Assembly: GCA_003213595.1 (NCBI GenBank)
Contig: QCMR01000001.1
Span: 262,302-326,301, forward strand
Source: SAR86 cluster bacterium AG-422-E19
Lineage (GTDB): Bacteria; Pseudomonadota; Gammaproteobacteria; Magnimaribacterales; AG-339-G14
Direction: 5' to 3'
Length of the DNA: 64,000 nucleotides
The position numbers and the translations under genes are program-made. Positions within the stretch are counted from its first letter, which is position 1. Every line of letters starts with the position of its first letter. The notes below the pieces were generated by a model that worked only from the letters and a program-made list of their open reading frames with translations, ran no database searches and was not told the origin of the DNA. Below, piece after piece: positions 26,728 through 37,550 of the stretch.

Positions 26728-27623
26728 TTTTTATTTTTTGCATGTGGATGGCTTTTATCGTAAACCTTGGCCAAATGCTGGAAATCCAATTTAGTGTAGA
26801 TTTGAGTGGTACTTAGATTAGCATGTCCTAATAATTCTTGAACAGCTCTGAGGTCTCCACTGGATTCTAAAATATGAGTTGCGAAGGAATGCCTCAACAT
26901 ATGAGGATGAATATAAGGCAAGCCCCTGTCTTGACTGATTTTTTTAAGTCGAATTTGAACCGTTCTTGGACCCAGTCGATTTCCTTCTTTATTCACAAAA
27001 ACCGAAGTTTCATCTTGTTTGGCAATAATTGCTCTATGTGCGAACCATTGCTCCAATGCCTCAATCGCTTTAGAGCCAACAGGACAAAGTCTTTCTTTAT
27101 TACCTTTTCCTAGAACTCTGCACATTTGCTCTTCCAGCAAAAGATCTTTTAAGTTCAAAGAGCAAAGTTCAGAAAGTCGCAATCCAGAAGAATAAATCAA
27201 TTCCATCATTGCTTTATCTCGATGTTCTATCCAACTTTTTGGTTCAAAATTCAAAAGTTTATCGATCATGTCGGTATCGAGTGCTTTTGGTAAAAGGGCA
27301 TCTTGCTTAGGTGCGCTGATACCAACTGTTGGATCGTTGGTAAATTTCCCTTCGGATTTAAGAAATTTAAAAAAACTCCTTAGGGAAGACAAAACTCTTG
27401 CAAGACTCTTTGGACTGAGACCTTTTCTTCTGTAGAAACCTAAAAAATTTCTTATTAGATTATTGTTAACCTTAGCAATGGTTAGAATTTTGTTTTCATT
27501 AAGAAAGATCTCGAATTTATTCAAATCATTTCTGTAACTCTTGAGGGTGTGTTCTGAGTAGTTACGATTTTCTTTAAGAAAACTTAAAAAAGATTCTATT
27601 AAGTTGCTAATCTCGGTTTTCAA
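26724..27623 (-). CDS. xerC: Tyrosine recombinase XerC
   Basis: SGLRLSEL, GKGNKER, HPHMLRHSFATH, LGHANLSTTQIYT; dapF-DUF484-xerC synteny. Confidence 0.93.
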   Translation of the reverse strand: MKTEISNLIESFLSFLKENRNYSEHTLKSYRNDLNKFEIFLNENKILTIAKVNNNLIRNFLGFYRRKGLSPKSLARVLSSLRSFFKFLKSEGKFTNDPTVGISAPKQDALLPKALDTDMIDKLLNFEPKSWIEHRDKAMMELIYSSGLRLSELCSLNLKDLLLEEQMCRVLGKGNKERLCPVGSKAIEALEQWFAHRAIIAKQDETSVFVNKEGNRLGPRTVQIRLKKISQDRGLPYIHPHMLRHSFATHILESSGDLRAVQELLGHANLSTTQIYTKLDFQHLAKVYDKSHPHAKNKK

Positions 27624-28290
27624 TTAATCTATCTATTTGATGGCTCAAAACTTCCACTATAAAACTTAGAAATAATGTATCTTGGTCTGGAGTATATTTA
27701 TCATCTACTGAAGAACCTAAAATTAATACTCCTGCAATCTTATTGGAATGAAATTTGCCAATAACTGCTTCTTTGATACCTGCTTGAGCACCAAAAGTTA
27801 AGGAGGCAATTTCATTGGAAAGCTTTCCTAAAAAAATATCTACTTCTTTAAAAATCTTAGAGAAAGTCTTAGTAGCTATTTCTGGCTCAATGATTCTCTT
27901 CGCGGATACTCGATACAGTTCTTCTTGAGTAAAGAAGAATAATTTACATTTTTCTGTACCAAGCTCATTCATAAAAAAACTTTCTGTAGCAATCAACAAT
28001 TTTTCTAAGTCTTCGGCACTCAGAATAATGCTTATCAGTTTTCTAACCTTCGCAAAAAGCAGCTCATTCGCATTAGCGTTTAAAATAAAGTCTTTCAGTT
28101 GCGTACTTGTTGCTAAATTCTTGGATTTTATGAATTCAACTTGTTTTTCAATAAAGCTTACTGCTTCACCTGATTCATGTTTTATCTCTAAATGTTCTAT
28201 AGCTTCTGGATGATTTATAAAAAAATCAGGATTTTCTTTTAAGAAATTAATTACTTCTTCGGGTTTAAGAGATTTACTAAAAAGTTTCAT
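27607..28290 (-). CDS. DUF484 (YigA) family protein
   Basis: FL..NPDFF..HP, SFIEKQV, A.ANE.LF, DTLFLSFI; synteny. Confidence 0.85.
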   Translation of the reverse strand: MKLFSKSLKPEEVINFLKENPDFFINHPEAIEHLEIKHESGEAVSFIEKQVEFIKSKNLATSTQLKDFILNANANELLFAKVRKLISIILSAEDLEKLLIATESFFMNELGTEKCKLFFFTQEELYRVSAKRIIEPEIATKTFSKIFKEVDIFLGKLSNEIASLTFGAQAGIKEAVIGKFHSNKIAGVLILGSSVDDKYTPDQDTLFLSFIVEVLSHQIDRLIENRD

Positions 28291-28291
28291 T

Positions 28292-29107
28292 TTAAAGATT
28301 TAACAAAACATCTTGTTTTCTGTATTCCGCGCTTCCTTGCAGCATAACTTTTGAATCATCTAAATTTACTTTAGTGAATACCTGGCCTTGATGAAAGTTT
28401 ATTTTTAACTCTTGATCCAATTCTTTTTGAATTGCACATGCTACAGCTGCTGCGCAAGCGCCACTTCCGCAAGCTTGAGTTTCTCCCACACCTCTCTCAA
28501 AAACTCTTAAATTTATCTCCTGGGTATTTTTCATTTGAATAAATCCAACGTTTACACCATTTTTAAAAAAATCACTTTCTTGCAAAAATGTTCCAAACTT
28601 TCGCACATCCAAAGCCAACTCATCATTAAAAATTACGGCATGTGGATTTCCTATCGAAACTGCAAAACAAGGAACTTTTTTATCATCAAATTCAATCTCA
28701 AAAACCTGCTCATTTTTATTTAGACCAATTTCAGAAGGAGATAGTGAAAATATATTTTCCACAATGTAATCATTTTTTCTTTTCTCAACAGTAACTTGAT
28801 TAGCGCCTATGAGTAACTTCACAGTATCACTGATGGATATATTTCTATCGGATAGATATTTGGCAACACATCTCATGCCGTTGACACAGTTTTCAGCCTC
28901 ACTGCCATCTTGATTAAAGATTTTTACAGAAAAATCTGCAATTTCTTTTTCTGGAGGTTCTATTACTAGGACTTGATCAAACTCAAGAAAATCTTCCATA
29001 TCAACAAATTTTGGGATGCTGTTTTTAGAGAAAGAAAGATCTTGCGTAACTGAATCTACAATTATGAAATTGTTACCTAAAGCCTCCATAAACTGGATAT
29101 AGGGCAT
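28292..29107 (-). CDS. dapF: Diaminopimelate epimerase (divergent)
   Basis: LGNNF, ENCVNGMRC, SIGNPHAV, GVNVGF, RVFERGVGETQACGSGACA. Confidence 0.9.
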   Translation of the reverse strand: MPYIQFMEALGNNFIIVDSVTQDLSFSKNSIPKFVDMEDFLEFDQVLVIEPPEKEIADFSVKIFNQDGSEAENCVNGMRCVAKYLSDRNISISDTVKLLIGANQVTVEKRKNDYIVENIFSLSPSEIGLNKNEQVFEIEFDDKKVPCFAVSIGNPHAVIFNDELALDVRKFGTFLQESDFFKNGVNVGFIQMKNTQEINLRVFERGVGETQACGSGACAAAVACAIQKELDQELKINFHQGQVFTKVNLDDSKVMLQGSAEYRKQDVLLNL

Positions 29108-30327
29108 TAAAGATCCTCTTCTTTAATGAGATCATCAAAGGTTTCTGCTTTTCTGATAACTTTATGGCTTTTTTGATCAACTAAAATTTCAGCAGGCTTA
29201 AGTCGTGTATTGTAATTAGAGCCCATACTTGAACCATAGGCTCCTGCTGAATACACAATCAAATAATCTCCAGCATTTGCACTGACCTCGAAATCCGAAC
29301 CAAAACTATCTGCAGTCTCACAAACGGGTCCAACTACAGAATAAAGATCCTTCTTTTCAGAAGACTCCACTAAATTCTCTATTTTATGTCTTGCGCTATA
29401 TAACGATGGCCTCATCAAATCGTTCATGCCGGCATCAACGATAAGAAACTTTTGACTGCCATTCTCTTTGATACCCAACACTTTGGTTATCAAGACACCT
29501 GCTTGCGCAACAATGGAACGTCCTGGCTCTAAAGTTAAGTTATATTTTGAAGAAAACTTTTTTAGTTTTTTTATCAGTTCGTCAGGTGAAAAGTTTTTTT
29601 CCAATTCATAGTCGATTGCTAAACCACCACCAACATCTATGTGATCTATTTCAAATCCCAACGAAACCAATTGGTCAGCTAAATTTTCAAGTTTTTCGTA
29701 AGCCTCAACCAGTAAATCCGTATTAGTTATTTGGGATCCAATATGGGCTGAAACACCAACTAAGTTTATTTTTTCAGTTCCATACTTCTTTGCCAAAGTT
29801 AGAGCTTCTTCTTCGGAAATACCAAATTTGCAATCGGCCTTGCCAGTTTCAATATAAGGATGAGATTCTGCAGCAATATCCGGATTTATTCTAAATGAGA
29901 TTCTTGGCATCTTATTAAGTTGTTCAAGCAGTTCCAATTCATATTCAGATTCTACGTTGATGGAAAATATTTCATGATCACACGCAAGTCTCAATTCCTC
30001 TTTGCTTTTACCAACTCCAGAAAAAACAATCTTCTTTGGATCTGCACCGATTTTTAAAACTCTTTTTAATTCTCCACCAGAAACTACGTCAAAGCCCAGA
30101 CCTTCATCTTTAATCAAAGACAAAATACTTAGATTGCTATTAGCTTTTACGGCATAGCAGGCTAGGTCCGAGGAAGATAAGCCAGCTTTATAAGATCGAC
30201 AATTTTCTCTAATTGTTTCCGCAGAATAAACATAAAAAGGTGTTTCTAAGCTATCACTTAGCTCAAGCAAGTTAGTGTCTTCCGAATGTAAGACACCTTC
30301 GTTGAAATTAAAATGTTTTAAGTTCAT
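29107..30327 (-). CDS. lysA: Diaminopimelate decarboxylase
   Basis: YAVKAN PLP lysine, DVVSGGE, HIGSQ, EPGRS, GPVCE, GAYG; ATG 30327 preferred start. Confidence 0.96.
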   Translation of the reverse strand: MNLKHFNFNEGVLHSEDTNLLELSDSLETPFYVYSAETIRENCRSYKAGLSSSDLACYAVKANSNLSILSLIKDEGLGFDVVSGGELKRVLKIGADPKKIVFSGVGKSKEELRLACDHEIFSINVESEYELELLEQLNKMPRISFRINPDIAAESHPYIETGKADCKFGISEEEALTLAKKYGTEKINLVGVSAHIGSQITNTDLLVEAYEKLENLADQLVSLGFEIDHIDVGGGLAIDYELEKNFSPDELIKKLKKFSSKYNLTLEPGRSIVAQAGVLITKVLGIKENGSQKFLIVDAGMNDLMRPSLYSARHKIENLVESSEKKDLYSVVGPVCETADSFGSDFEVSANAGDYLIVYSAGAYGSSMGSNYNTRLKPAEILVDQKSHKVIRKAETFDDLIKEEDL

Positions 30328-30427
30328 TGATTTCTTCATCTTCAGGCAGATATAAAGGACCTTTTATGCCACACGAGCTTAGAAAGCCAAAATTGATTAG
30401 ACATAACCCAAGTAAAAAAATTTTCAT
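30308..30427 (-). CDS. lptM: LPS translocon maturation lipoprotein LptM/YifL, 39 aa
   Basis: Manual translation MKIFLLGLCLINFGFLSSCGIKGPLYLPEDEEINELKTF; CGxKGPLYxP signature; position upstream of lysA; missing from ORF track. Confidence 0.9.
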   Translation of the reverse strand: MKIFLLGLCLINFGFLSSCGIKGPLYLPEDEEINELKTF

Positions 30428-31809
30428 TTCTTTAAATAGTCTTTTGCTTTTTTAATTTCTTTTTTTATTTGTTGCAAAGCAGTACCTCCAATTGAGGTTT
30501 TTGCTTGAATAGAGTCGTTAGGGTCTATGTAATCAAAAACGTCTTGGGAAATCTTCTTTGAAATTTTCTTAAATTCATCAAGCGACATTTCAAATAGTAA
30601 GAGATCGTTGTCTTCAGCGTATTTCACTGCAGTTCCAGTAATTTCATGAGCCTCTCTAAATGGCACCCCTTTGATGACCAAATATTCGGCAAGATCTGTT
30701 GCAGTTAAGAAATCGTCATAGACATCAGCAAGCATTTGATCGTTATTAAAAGATACGCCTTTGATCATCTCGATCATGATGCTCAATGCTTCTGTGGCAT
30801 ATTCTATCGAATTGATTAAAGGTGCTTTATCCTCTTGGTTGTCTCTGTTGTAAGCCAGAGGCTGATTCTTCATTAAGCTTAACAAGGTCATTAAATTACC
30901 AACTGCTTTAGCAGAACCTCCTCTGACTAACTCAGCCATATCTGGATTTTTCTTCTGCGGCATAATCGAAGAACCCGTACATAATTCTTCAGGCAATTGA
31001 GCGTAATTAAATTGCGAAGAAGACCAAATGATCAATTCTTCACATATTCTTGAAAAATGAATAGCCATGACACTTATATTGAAAGCAACTTCTAAAGCAA
31101 AATCTCTATCGGATACTGCATCAATGGAATTTCTGGTCACTGAATCGAATCCCAAAGACTTAGCTAGTTTTTGTCTATCCAATTTAAACCTATTACCAGA
31201 TAGGGCACCGGAACCTAAAGGGCTTACCTTGAGTTCCTTTTTAGTTGCTGAAACTCTTTCCAAATCTCGTTTCATCATTTCATACCAAGATAAGAGATAG
31301 TGGGCCAAACTTACCGGCTGAGCATTTTGCAGATGGGTAAATCCCGGCATTAGAGTTTCTAACTCTCCCTCTGCTCTAACAACTAAGTTTTTCATTAAAT
31401 TTCTTAACAAAGATTCAATTTCAGTACTTCTTTCCAAGAGAAACAATTTAAAATCAGTCACGACTTGATCGTTTCTGGATCTTCCGGTGTGAAGTTTTTT
31501 TGCAGTCACTCCAATTTCTTTTTCAAGCGCAGCTTCGATATTCATGTGAACATCTTCCAAAGCTGGATTCCAATTAAAATTGCCAGCTTCGATTTTGTTT
31601 TTAATTTTTTTAAGACCAGTCTTAATTTTATTGCATTCATTTTTGGATAGCACTTTGGCTTCCATCAGCGCTTCTGCATAAGCAATCGAACCTTGAATGT
31701 CTTGACTATAGAGGGCCTGATCTACATCAACAGAGGACGAAAAATTCTGAGCAATTTGGGAAGGTTTTTTGGAAAATCTTCCTCCCCAAGAGGGATTTTT
31801 TTTTGACAT
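30424..31809 (-). CDS. argH: Argininosuccinate lyase
   Basis: WGGRF, LHTGRSRNDQ, MPGFTHLQ, GSSIMPQKKNPD. Confidence 0.97.
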   Translation of the reverse strand: MSKKNPSWGGRFSKKPSQIAQNFSSSVDVDQALYSQDIQGSIAYAEALMEAKVLSKNECNKIKTGLKKIKNKIEAGNFNWNPALEDVHMNIEAALEKEIGVTAKKLHTGRSRNDQVVTDFKLFLLERSTEIESLLRNLMKNLVVRAEGELETLMPGFTHLQNAQPVSLAHYLLSWYEMMKRDLERVSATKKELKVSPLGSGALSGNRFKLDRQKLAKSLGFDSVTRNSIDAVSDRDFALEVAFNISVMAIHFSRICEELIIWSSSQFNYAQLPEELCTGSSIMPQKKNPDMAELVRGGSAKAVGNLMTLLSLMKNQPLAYNRDNQEDKAPLINSIEYATEALSIMIEMIKGVSFNNDQMLADVYDDFLTATDLAEYLVIKGVPFREAHEITGTAVKYAEDNDLLLFEMSLDEFKKISKKISQDVFDYIDPNDSIQAKTSIGGTALQQIKKEIKKAKDYLKK

Positions 31810-33185
31810 CAATACTTATAGTAATCAGGTTTATAAGGTCCATCAACATCTACATTTATGTAGTCAGCTTGATCCTTTGTAAGCTTTGTAATGACTCCTC
31901 CAAAACCTTCTACCATATATGATGCAACTTCTTCATCCAGTTCCATAGGAAGAACTTGGACTTTTAACATTTCTTGCTTTGTAGTTTCATCATTAATTGA
32001 AGCAAAACCTTGTTTGTATAAAAATATTTGTGCAAGAACTTGGTTGGCAAACGAGCCATCCATAATTCTTGAAGGGTGACCGGTTGCATTACCAAGGTTA
32101 ACCAATCTACCTTCTGCTAAAAGAAGCAAATAATCTTTTTTATCCTTCGGACCTCTGTAAATCTTATGCACTTGAGGTTTGATCTCTTCCCAAGTCCATT
32201 CATCTCTCATGTATTGAGTATCTATCTCGTTATCAAAATGTCCGATATTACTGACAATTGCTCCTGACTTTAAATTATTCAAGATGTGTTTGTCACAAAC
32301 ATTGAAGTTTCCAGTTGCGGTTACCACAAGATCAATATCACTCAGAAGCATTTTATTGATTGATTCATCATTGTTTAAATTTTCACCATTTAAATAGGGC
32401 GAAACAACTTCATAACCATCCATACAAGCCTGCATGGCGCAAATAGGATCTATTTCGGTAATCTTGACCACCATTCCTTCTTGTCTGAGACTCATTGCAG
32501 AACCTTTACCAACATCACCATAACCAAACACAAGGGCTTTCCTTCCAGAAAGCAACATATCCGTGCCACGTTTTATAGCATCATTCAAACTATGTCTGCA
32601 TCCATATTTGTTATCGTTTTTAGATTTTGTTACTGAGTCGTTAACATTTATGGCAGGCACCTTAAGCGTACCTTTTTCCAACATTTCATACAGTCTCAAC
32701 ACTCCAGTGGTCGTTTCTTCGGAAATACCATTTATTTTTTCTAACATTTCTGGATATTTTTCATGCACCATAGCAGTCAAATCACCACCGTCGTCCAAAA
32801 TCATATTTGCGTCCCATGGTTTACCATCAGACAGGATAGTTTGTTCTATACACCAATCAAACTCTTCTTCGTTCATACCTTTCCAGGCAAAAACAGGTAT
32901 GCCTTTTTGAGCGATTGCCGCCGCCGCATGATCTTGTGTGGAAAAGATATTACAAGACGACCATCTCACAGACGCTCCCAATTCAACTAAAGTTTCTATA
33001 AGAACTGCAGTTTGAATTGTCATATGTATGCAACCCATAATTTTTGCACCCTGCAAAGGTTTGTCCTTGCCATATCTTTCTCTGAGTTTAATCAAAGCTG
33101 GCATTTCTGATTCAGCCAGTTCTATTTCTTTTCTTCCAAACTCTGCAAGAGAGATATCTTTTACTTTGTAGTCTTTGAATTCCAT
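31809..33185 (-). CDS. ahcY: Adenosylhomocysteinase
   Basis: [42 protein letters not shown]. Confidence 0.97.
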   Translation of the reverse strand: MEFKDYKVKDISLAEFGRKEIELAESEMPALIKLRERYGKDKPLQGAKIMGCIHMTIQTAVLIETLVELGASVRWSSCNIFSTQDHAAAAIAQKGIPVFAWKGMNEEEFDWCIEQTILSDGKPWDANMILDDGGDLTAMVHEKYPEMLEKINGISEETTTGVLRLYEMLEKGTLKVPAINVNDSVTKSKNDNKYGCRHSLNDAIKRGTDMLLSGRKALVFGYGDVGKGSAMSLRQEGMVVKITEIDPICAMQACMDGYEVVSPYLNGENLNNDESINKMLLSDIDLVVTATGNFNVCDKHILNNLKSGAIVSNIGHFDNEIDTQYMRDEWTWEEIKPQVHKIYRGPKDKKDYLLLLAEGRLVNLGNATGHPSRIMDGSFANQVLAQIFLYKQGFASINDETTKQEMLKVQVLPMELDEEVASYMVEGFGGVITKLTKDQADYINVDVDGPYKPDYYKY

Positions 33186-33187
33186 AA

Positions 33188-34342
33188 TTATTTAATTTGT
33201 TCTATTTTATCAGTTGATTCCCAAGAAAAACTTTCTTCTTCTCTTCCAAAATGACCATATGAAGCAGTTAATTGATAAATAGGCCTTTTAAGATCTAACA
33301 TTTCGATAAGTTTTTTGGGCTTTAGTTCAAAATTCTTTTCAACTAACTCAACAATTTTTGCCTCTTCTATTTTATTTGTATCAAATGTATTGATACTGAT
33401 GGAAGTCGGTTCAGCTACTCCAATAGCATAAGACACCTGAATCTCACATTTATCTGCGAGACCTGCGGCAACAATATTTTTAGCCACATATCTTCCAGCA
33501 TAAGCGGCAGAACGATCAACTTTTGAAGGATCTTTTCCAGAAAAAGCACCTCCACCATGTCGAGCCATACCACCGTAAGTGTCCACAATTATCTTTCTTC
33601 CCGTTAATCCACAATCTCCGACAGGACCTCCTATCACGAAGCTTCCTGTTGGATTTATATAAATTTTTGTATCTTCATTAAGCCATGCATTTGGAATGAC
33701 CGGTTTAATTATTTCTTCCATAACTCCTTCTTCAATTGTTTCTGCAGCTATATCTGGATCATGCTGAGTTGATAAGATAATTGCTGAGACACTCGATGGA
33801 TTTCCTTGATCATCGTATAAAAAACTCAACTGACTTTTTGCATCCGGTCTAAGCCAATTCAATTTTCCATTTTTTCTTACTTCAGACTGCTTCTTAACTA
33901 GTAGATGGGAGTAGTGAATTGGTGCGGGCATCAGAACATCAGTTTCATTAGTTGCGTAACCAAACATTAAACCTTGGTCACCAGCACCTTGATCCAAATC
34001 GGTTCCAGAACCCTCATCTACTCCGGCAGCGATATCAACTGACTGTTGTCCAATGGCATTAATTATTTCAACTGTATTGCCATTGAATCCTAAGTCATCA
34101 TTGTCATAACCAATTTCATTGATTACTTCTCGAATAACTTTTTCTAAGTTAGGTTGAGCAGAGGAGGTTATCTCTCCTGCAATCACTACCAAATCTGTTT
34201 TAACCAAAGTTTCACATGCTACTCTGGCATTTGGATCCTCTTTTAGGTAAGCATCCAAAATTGCATCGGAAATTTGATCACACATTTTATCGGGGTGACC
34301 TTCAGAGACAGATTCAGAAGTGAAAGTTTTGTACTCAGACAT
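33188..34342 (-). CDS. metK: S-adenosylmethionine synthetase
   Basis: [28 protein letters not shown]; start moved to ATG 34342. Confidence 0.98.
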   Translation of the reverse strand: MSEYKTFTSESVSEGHPDKMCDQISDAILDAYLKEDPNARVACETLVKTDLVVIAGEITSSAQPNLEKVIREVINEIGYDNDDLGFNGNTVEIINAIGQQSVDIAAGVDEGSGTDLDQGAGDQGLMFGYATNETDVLMPAPIHYSHLLVKKQSEVRKNGKLNWLRPDAKSQLSFLYDDQGNPSSVSAIILSTQHDPDIAAETIEEGVMEEIIKPVIPNAWLNEDTKIYINPTGSFVIGGPVGDCGLTGRKIIVDTYGGMARHGGGAFSGKDPSKVDRSAAYAGRYVAKNIVAAGLADKCEIQVSYAIGVAEPTSISINTFDTNKIEEAKIVELVEKNFELKPKKLIEMLDLKRPIYQLTASYGHFGREEESFSWESTDKIEQIK

Positions 34343-34362
34343 GACAATAATAAAGTCAGCAA

Positions 34363-34394
34363 TTCTACTATGAACTGACCTTGAAATAGTAGAA
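34363..34394. promoter_or_regulatory. 9-bp inverted repeat TTCTACTAT-N14-ATAGTAGAA in the metK/tkt divergent gap
   Basis: Perfect inverted repeat; each arm contains TAGAA. Confidence 0.4.
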
Positions 34395-34411
34395 AATAAC
34401 ATTCTGATTTC

Positions 34412-36385
34412 ATGACTGATCAACAAAACCTAGCCAATGCTATAAGAGCTCTATCTATGGATGCAGTTCAGAGGGCAGGATGCGGTCATCCTGGCATGCC
34501 CATGGGAATGGCAGATATCGCACAGGTTTTGTGGACCAAACATCTTAAATATAATCCTTCAAATCCCGATTGGTTTGATAGAGATAGATTTGTTTTATCC
34601 AATGGACACGGTTCCATGCTTCTTTATTCGCTTCTTCATTTGACAGGTTATGACCTTTCTATAGATGAATTGAAAAATTTCCGTCAACTGGGTTCAAAAA
34701 CACCTGGACATCCGGAATGTGACGTAACTCCTGGAGTAGAAACGACGACCGGTCCGCTTGGGCAAGGTATTGCGAATGCAGTTGGAATGGCAATGGCAGA
34801 AAAAATTCTTGCAAAGAGATTCAACAAAAAAGACTGTCCAATAATCGATCATTACACTTACGTTTTTTGTGGTGACGGTTGTTTGATGGAAGGTATTTCT
34901 CACGAGGTTTGTTCTTTAGCTGGCACTCATAAACTGAATAAATTAATTGTTTTATACGATGACAATAAAATCAGCATTGATGGCAAAGTTGAAGGTTGGT
35001 TTACAGACAATACGCCCGAAAGATTCAAAAGTTATGGTTGGAACGTTATAGCAGAAGTTGATGGGCATGATTTTAAAAGTATCGATAAAGCTTTGGAAGA
35101 TGCAAAATCATCTAATCTTCCGACACTAATTTGTTGTAAAACAGAAATCGGGAAAGGATCTCCTAATAAATCAGGTTCAGCAGATGCTCATGGCGCAGCC
35201 CTCGGCGAAGAAGAAATTAAACTCACTAGAGAAAACATTCAATGGCAGCATGAGCCTTTTGAAATTCCCGAAGAAATTTATGAGGCTTGGGATCACAAAA
35301 AACAAGGACAAGAAAGCGAAGAAAAATGGCAAGAGATTTTTTCTGACTTTGAAAAAAATTATCCTGAAGATTCCAAAGAGCTAAAAAGATTAATCACCGG
35401 AAGCTTGCCTAGTAATTTTGAATCTACCATCGAAAATTTAATCAACAATTTTTCTGAAGATGAAAATTCTTATGCCAGCAGAAAGTGTTCTGGCATGTGT
35501 TTGGATGCTATTGGTCCAATCATGCCGGAGTTGATAGGCGGATCAGCAGATCTTTCTCCTTCAAACAATACCGAATGGAAGGGAACCTCTCATCTTGCCG
35601 AAGACGGTTCAGGTAATTACTTAAATTATGGCGTTCGAGAATTTGGTATGTCGGCAATCATGAATGGCATGATCCTACATGGGGGCATTAGACCTTATGC
35701 AGGAACTTTTCTTACTTTTCTAGATTACGCTAGAAATGCCGTGAGGATGTCTGCCTTAATGAAATTACCTGTAATTTATGTCTATACGCATGATTCCATC
35801 GGGGTCGGTGAAGATGGTCCAACTCATCAACCGGTGGAACATATTTCAATGCTAAGAATTACGCCTGGCATTTACACTTGGCGACCTTGTGATGGGGTTG
35901 AAACTGCTTGTGCGTGGAAATTTGCGCTGGAGTCAAAAGCTGCACCTTCAGCATTGATATTATCCAGACAATCATTGGATGCTCAGAAAAGAGAAACGAA
36001 CGACCCAATTTTTCTAGGCGGATACGAACTTGCTTCAGACCAAAATCCTAAAATAACATTGGTTGCTTCGGGTTCAGAAGTGAGCTTAGCCATGAAAGTT
36101 CAAGATCAGCTTAATGAGCAAAAAATTTCATCAAGAGTTGTCTCAATGCCATGTACTGAAATATTTGATGAACAATCACCAGAATATCAAAGAGAAACTT
36201 TGGGTAACTTGCCAAAAATTTTCATAGAAGCAGGGCAAAGTGATTTTTGGAAGAAATATTGTGAAGGAGATGATCAAGTAGTCGGTATCGACAAATTTGG
36301 CGAATCAGCTCCAATAGATGATTTGATGAACCACTTTGGTTTTACAGTTGAAAATATAATCAAACAAATTAATAAAACAATTTAA
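34412..36385 (+). CDS. tkt: Transketolase
   Basis: [23 protein letters not shown] ThDP motif, [11 protein letters not shown]. Confidence 0.98.
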   Translation: MTDQQNLANAIRALSMDAVQRAGCGHPGMPMGMADIAQVLWTKHLKYNPSNPDWFDRDRFVLSNGHGSMLLYSLLHLTGYDLSIDELKNFRQLGSKTPGHPECDVTPGVETTTGPLGQGIANAVGMAMAEKILAKRFNKKDCPIIDHYTYVFCGDGCLMEGISHEVCSLAGTHKLNKLIVLYDDNKISIDGKVEGWFTDNTPERFKSYGWNVIAEVDGHDFKSIDKALEDAKSSNLPTLICCKTEIGKGSPNKSGSADAHGAALGEEEIKLTRENIQWQHEPFEIPEEIYEAWDHKKQGQESEEKWQEIFSDFEKNYPEDSKELKRLITGSLPSNFESTIENLINNFSEDENSYASRKCSGMCLDAIGPIMPELIGGSADLSPSNNTEWKGTSHLAEDGSGNYLNYGVREFGMSAIMNGMILHGGIRPYAGTFLTFLDYARNAVRMSALMKLPVIYVYTHDSIGVGEDGPTHQPVEHISMLRITPGIYTWRPCDGVETACAWKFALESKAAPSALILSRQSLDAQKRETNDPIFLGGYELASDQNPKITLVASGSEVSLAMKVQDQLNEQKISSRVVSMPCTEIFDEQSPEYQRETLGNLPKIFIEAGQSDFWKKYCEGDDQVVGIDKFGESAPIDDLMNHFGFTVENIIKQINKTI

Positions 36386-37546
36386 GTGGATTTAACAAAT
36401 TCAAAACTATCCTCTTTTGATTTCGAGGGAAAAAGAGTTCTATTGAGAGTAGATTTCAATATTCCAATCAGAGACGAAGAAGTTCTCAACGACGAAAGAA
36501 TGGTCAGAGCTTTACCGACCATTAAACACTTATTGGAAAAAGCAAAATCTCTCAGAATCATAACGCATCGTGGAAGACCTTTAGAATCGGGACAAGTTCA
36601 GCCAGAATTTTCGATTAAGCCAATAGCAAAAAGACTCTCTCAATTATTAGATATTCCTGTTCCAATAGCTGATTATTTAGATGATTTAGAGCAAGACAAA
36701 AAAATTATCATGTTGGAAAACATAAGATTTTTTCAAGGAGAAAAAGAAAACTCTACAAATCTTTCAAAAACACTGGGTAATTATGGAGATGTTTACATCA
36801 TGGATGCTTTCGGTACTGCACATCGTAAGCAAGCATCTACCTTTGGCGTAATTGACTCAGTAGCCGAAGCAGGCGTTGGCTTTTTAGTTGAAGATGAACT
36901 GGAGGCTTTGAAAAAAATTTTGGTGAATCCAAAAAAACCTCTAATTGGGATTATAGGTGGTTCAAAGATCTCAACCAAAATTAATGTCATTGATTCGCTT
37001 ACATCATACGTTGATAAATTAATCATAGGCGGTGCTTTGGCAAATACTTGCTATATGGCAATGGGAAAAAACATTGGACAATCTTTGTTTGAAGAAGATT
37101 ATTTAGATGTAGCAGAAAAATTAGTTGGTAATGAGAAGATTGTATTGCCAGAAAATGTCGTTGTTTTAGATACATCTAACGATTCTGTATTTGAAAAGCA
37201 TATTGATGATATAGCCAGTCATGAAGCTATCTGCGATGTAGGTAAAAAATCTTTGGAGTATTTTCAAAAACATATTAATTCAGCTAAAACTGTTTTTTGG
37301 AATGGTCCTTTGGGTAAGTTTGAGGATCCAAGATTTTCTGAAGGGACTTCTGAGGTAGCAAAAATCATGTCTGAATCAAAAGCCTATAGCATTATTGGCG
37401 GTGGAGAGACCATCACCTCTTTTGCAAATATTAATTTAATGGATTCTGTAGATTATGCTTCCACTGCGGGAGGAGCTTTCTTAGAATATATAGAAAATAA
37501 TTCCTTACCTTGCATAGATAAGATAATAACTAAAAATAAAGGATAG
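36386..37546 (+). CDS. pgk: Phosphoglycerate kinase
   Basis: RVDFN, HRGRP, DAFGTAHR, GGSKIS, WNGPLG.FE, STAGGA; GTG start. Confidence 0.96.
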   Translation: MDLTNSKLSSFDFEGKRVLLRVDFNIPIRDEEVLNDERMVRALPTIKHLLEKAKSLRIITHRGRPLESGQVQPEFSIKPIAKRLSQLLDIPVPIADYLDDLEQDKKIIMLENIRFFQGEKENSTNLSKTLGNYGDVYIMDAFGTAHRKQASTFGVIDSVAEAGVGFLVEDELEALKKILVNPKKPLIGIIGGSKISTKINVIDSLTSYVDKLIIGGALANTCYMAMGKNIGQSLFEEDYLDVAEKLVGNEKIVLPENVVVLDTSNDSVFEKHIDDIASHEAICDVGKKSLEYFQKHINSAKTVFWNGPLGKFEDPRFSEGTSEVAKIMSESKAYSIIGGGETITSFANINLMDSVDYASTAGGAFLEYIENNSLPCIDKIITKNKG

Positions 37547-37550
37547 AAAT

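Noticed and set aside
26724-27623. Tyrosine recombinase as a phage or island integrase
   Set aside because: Canonical dapF-DUF484-xerC-HAD context; no att repeats or cargo genes
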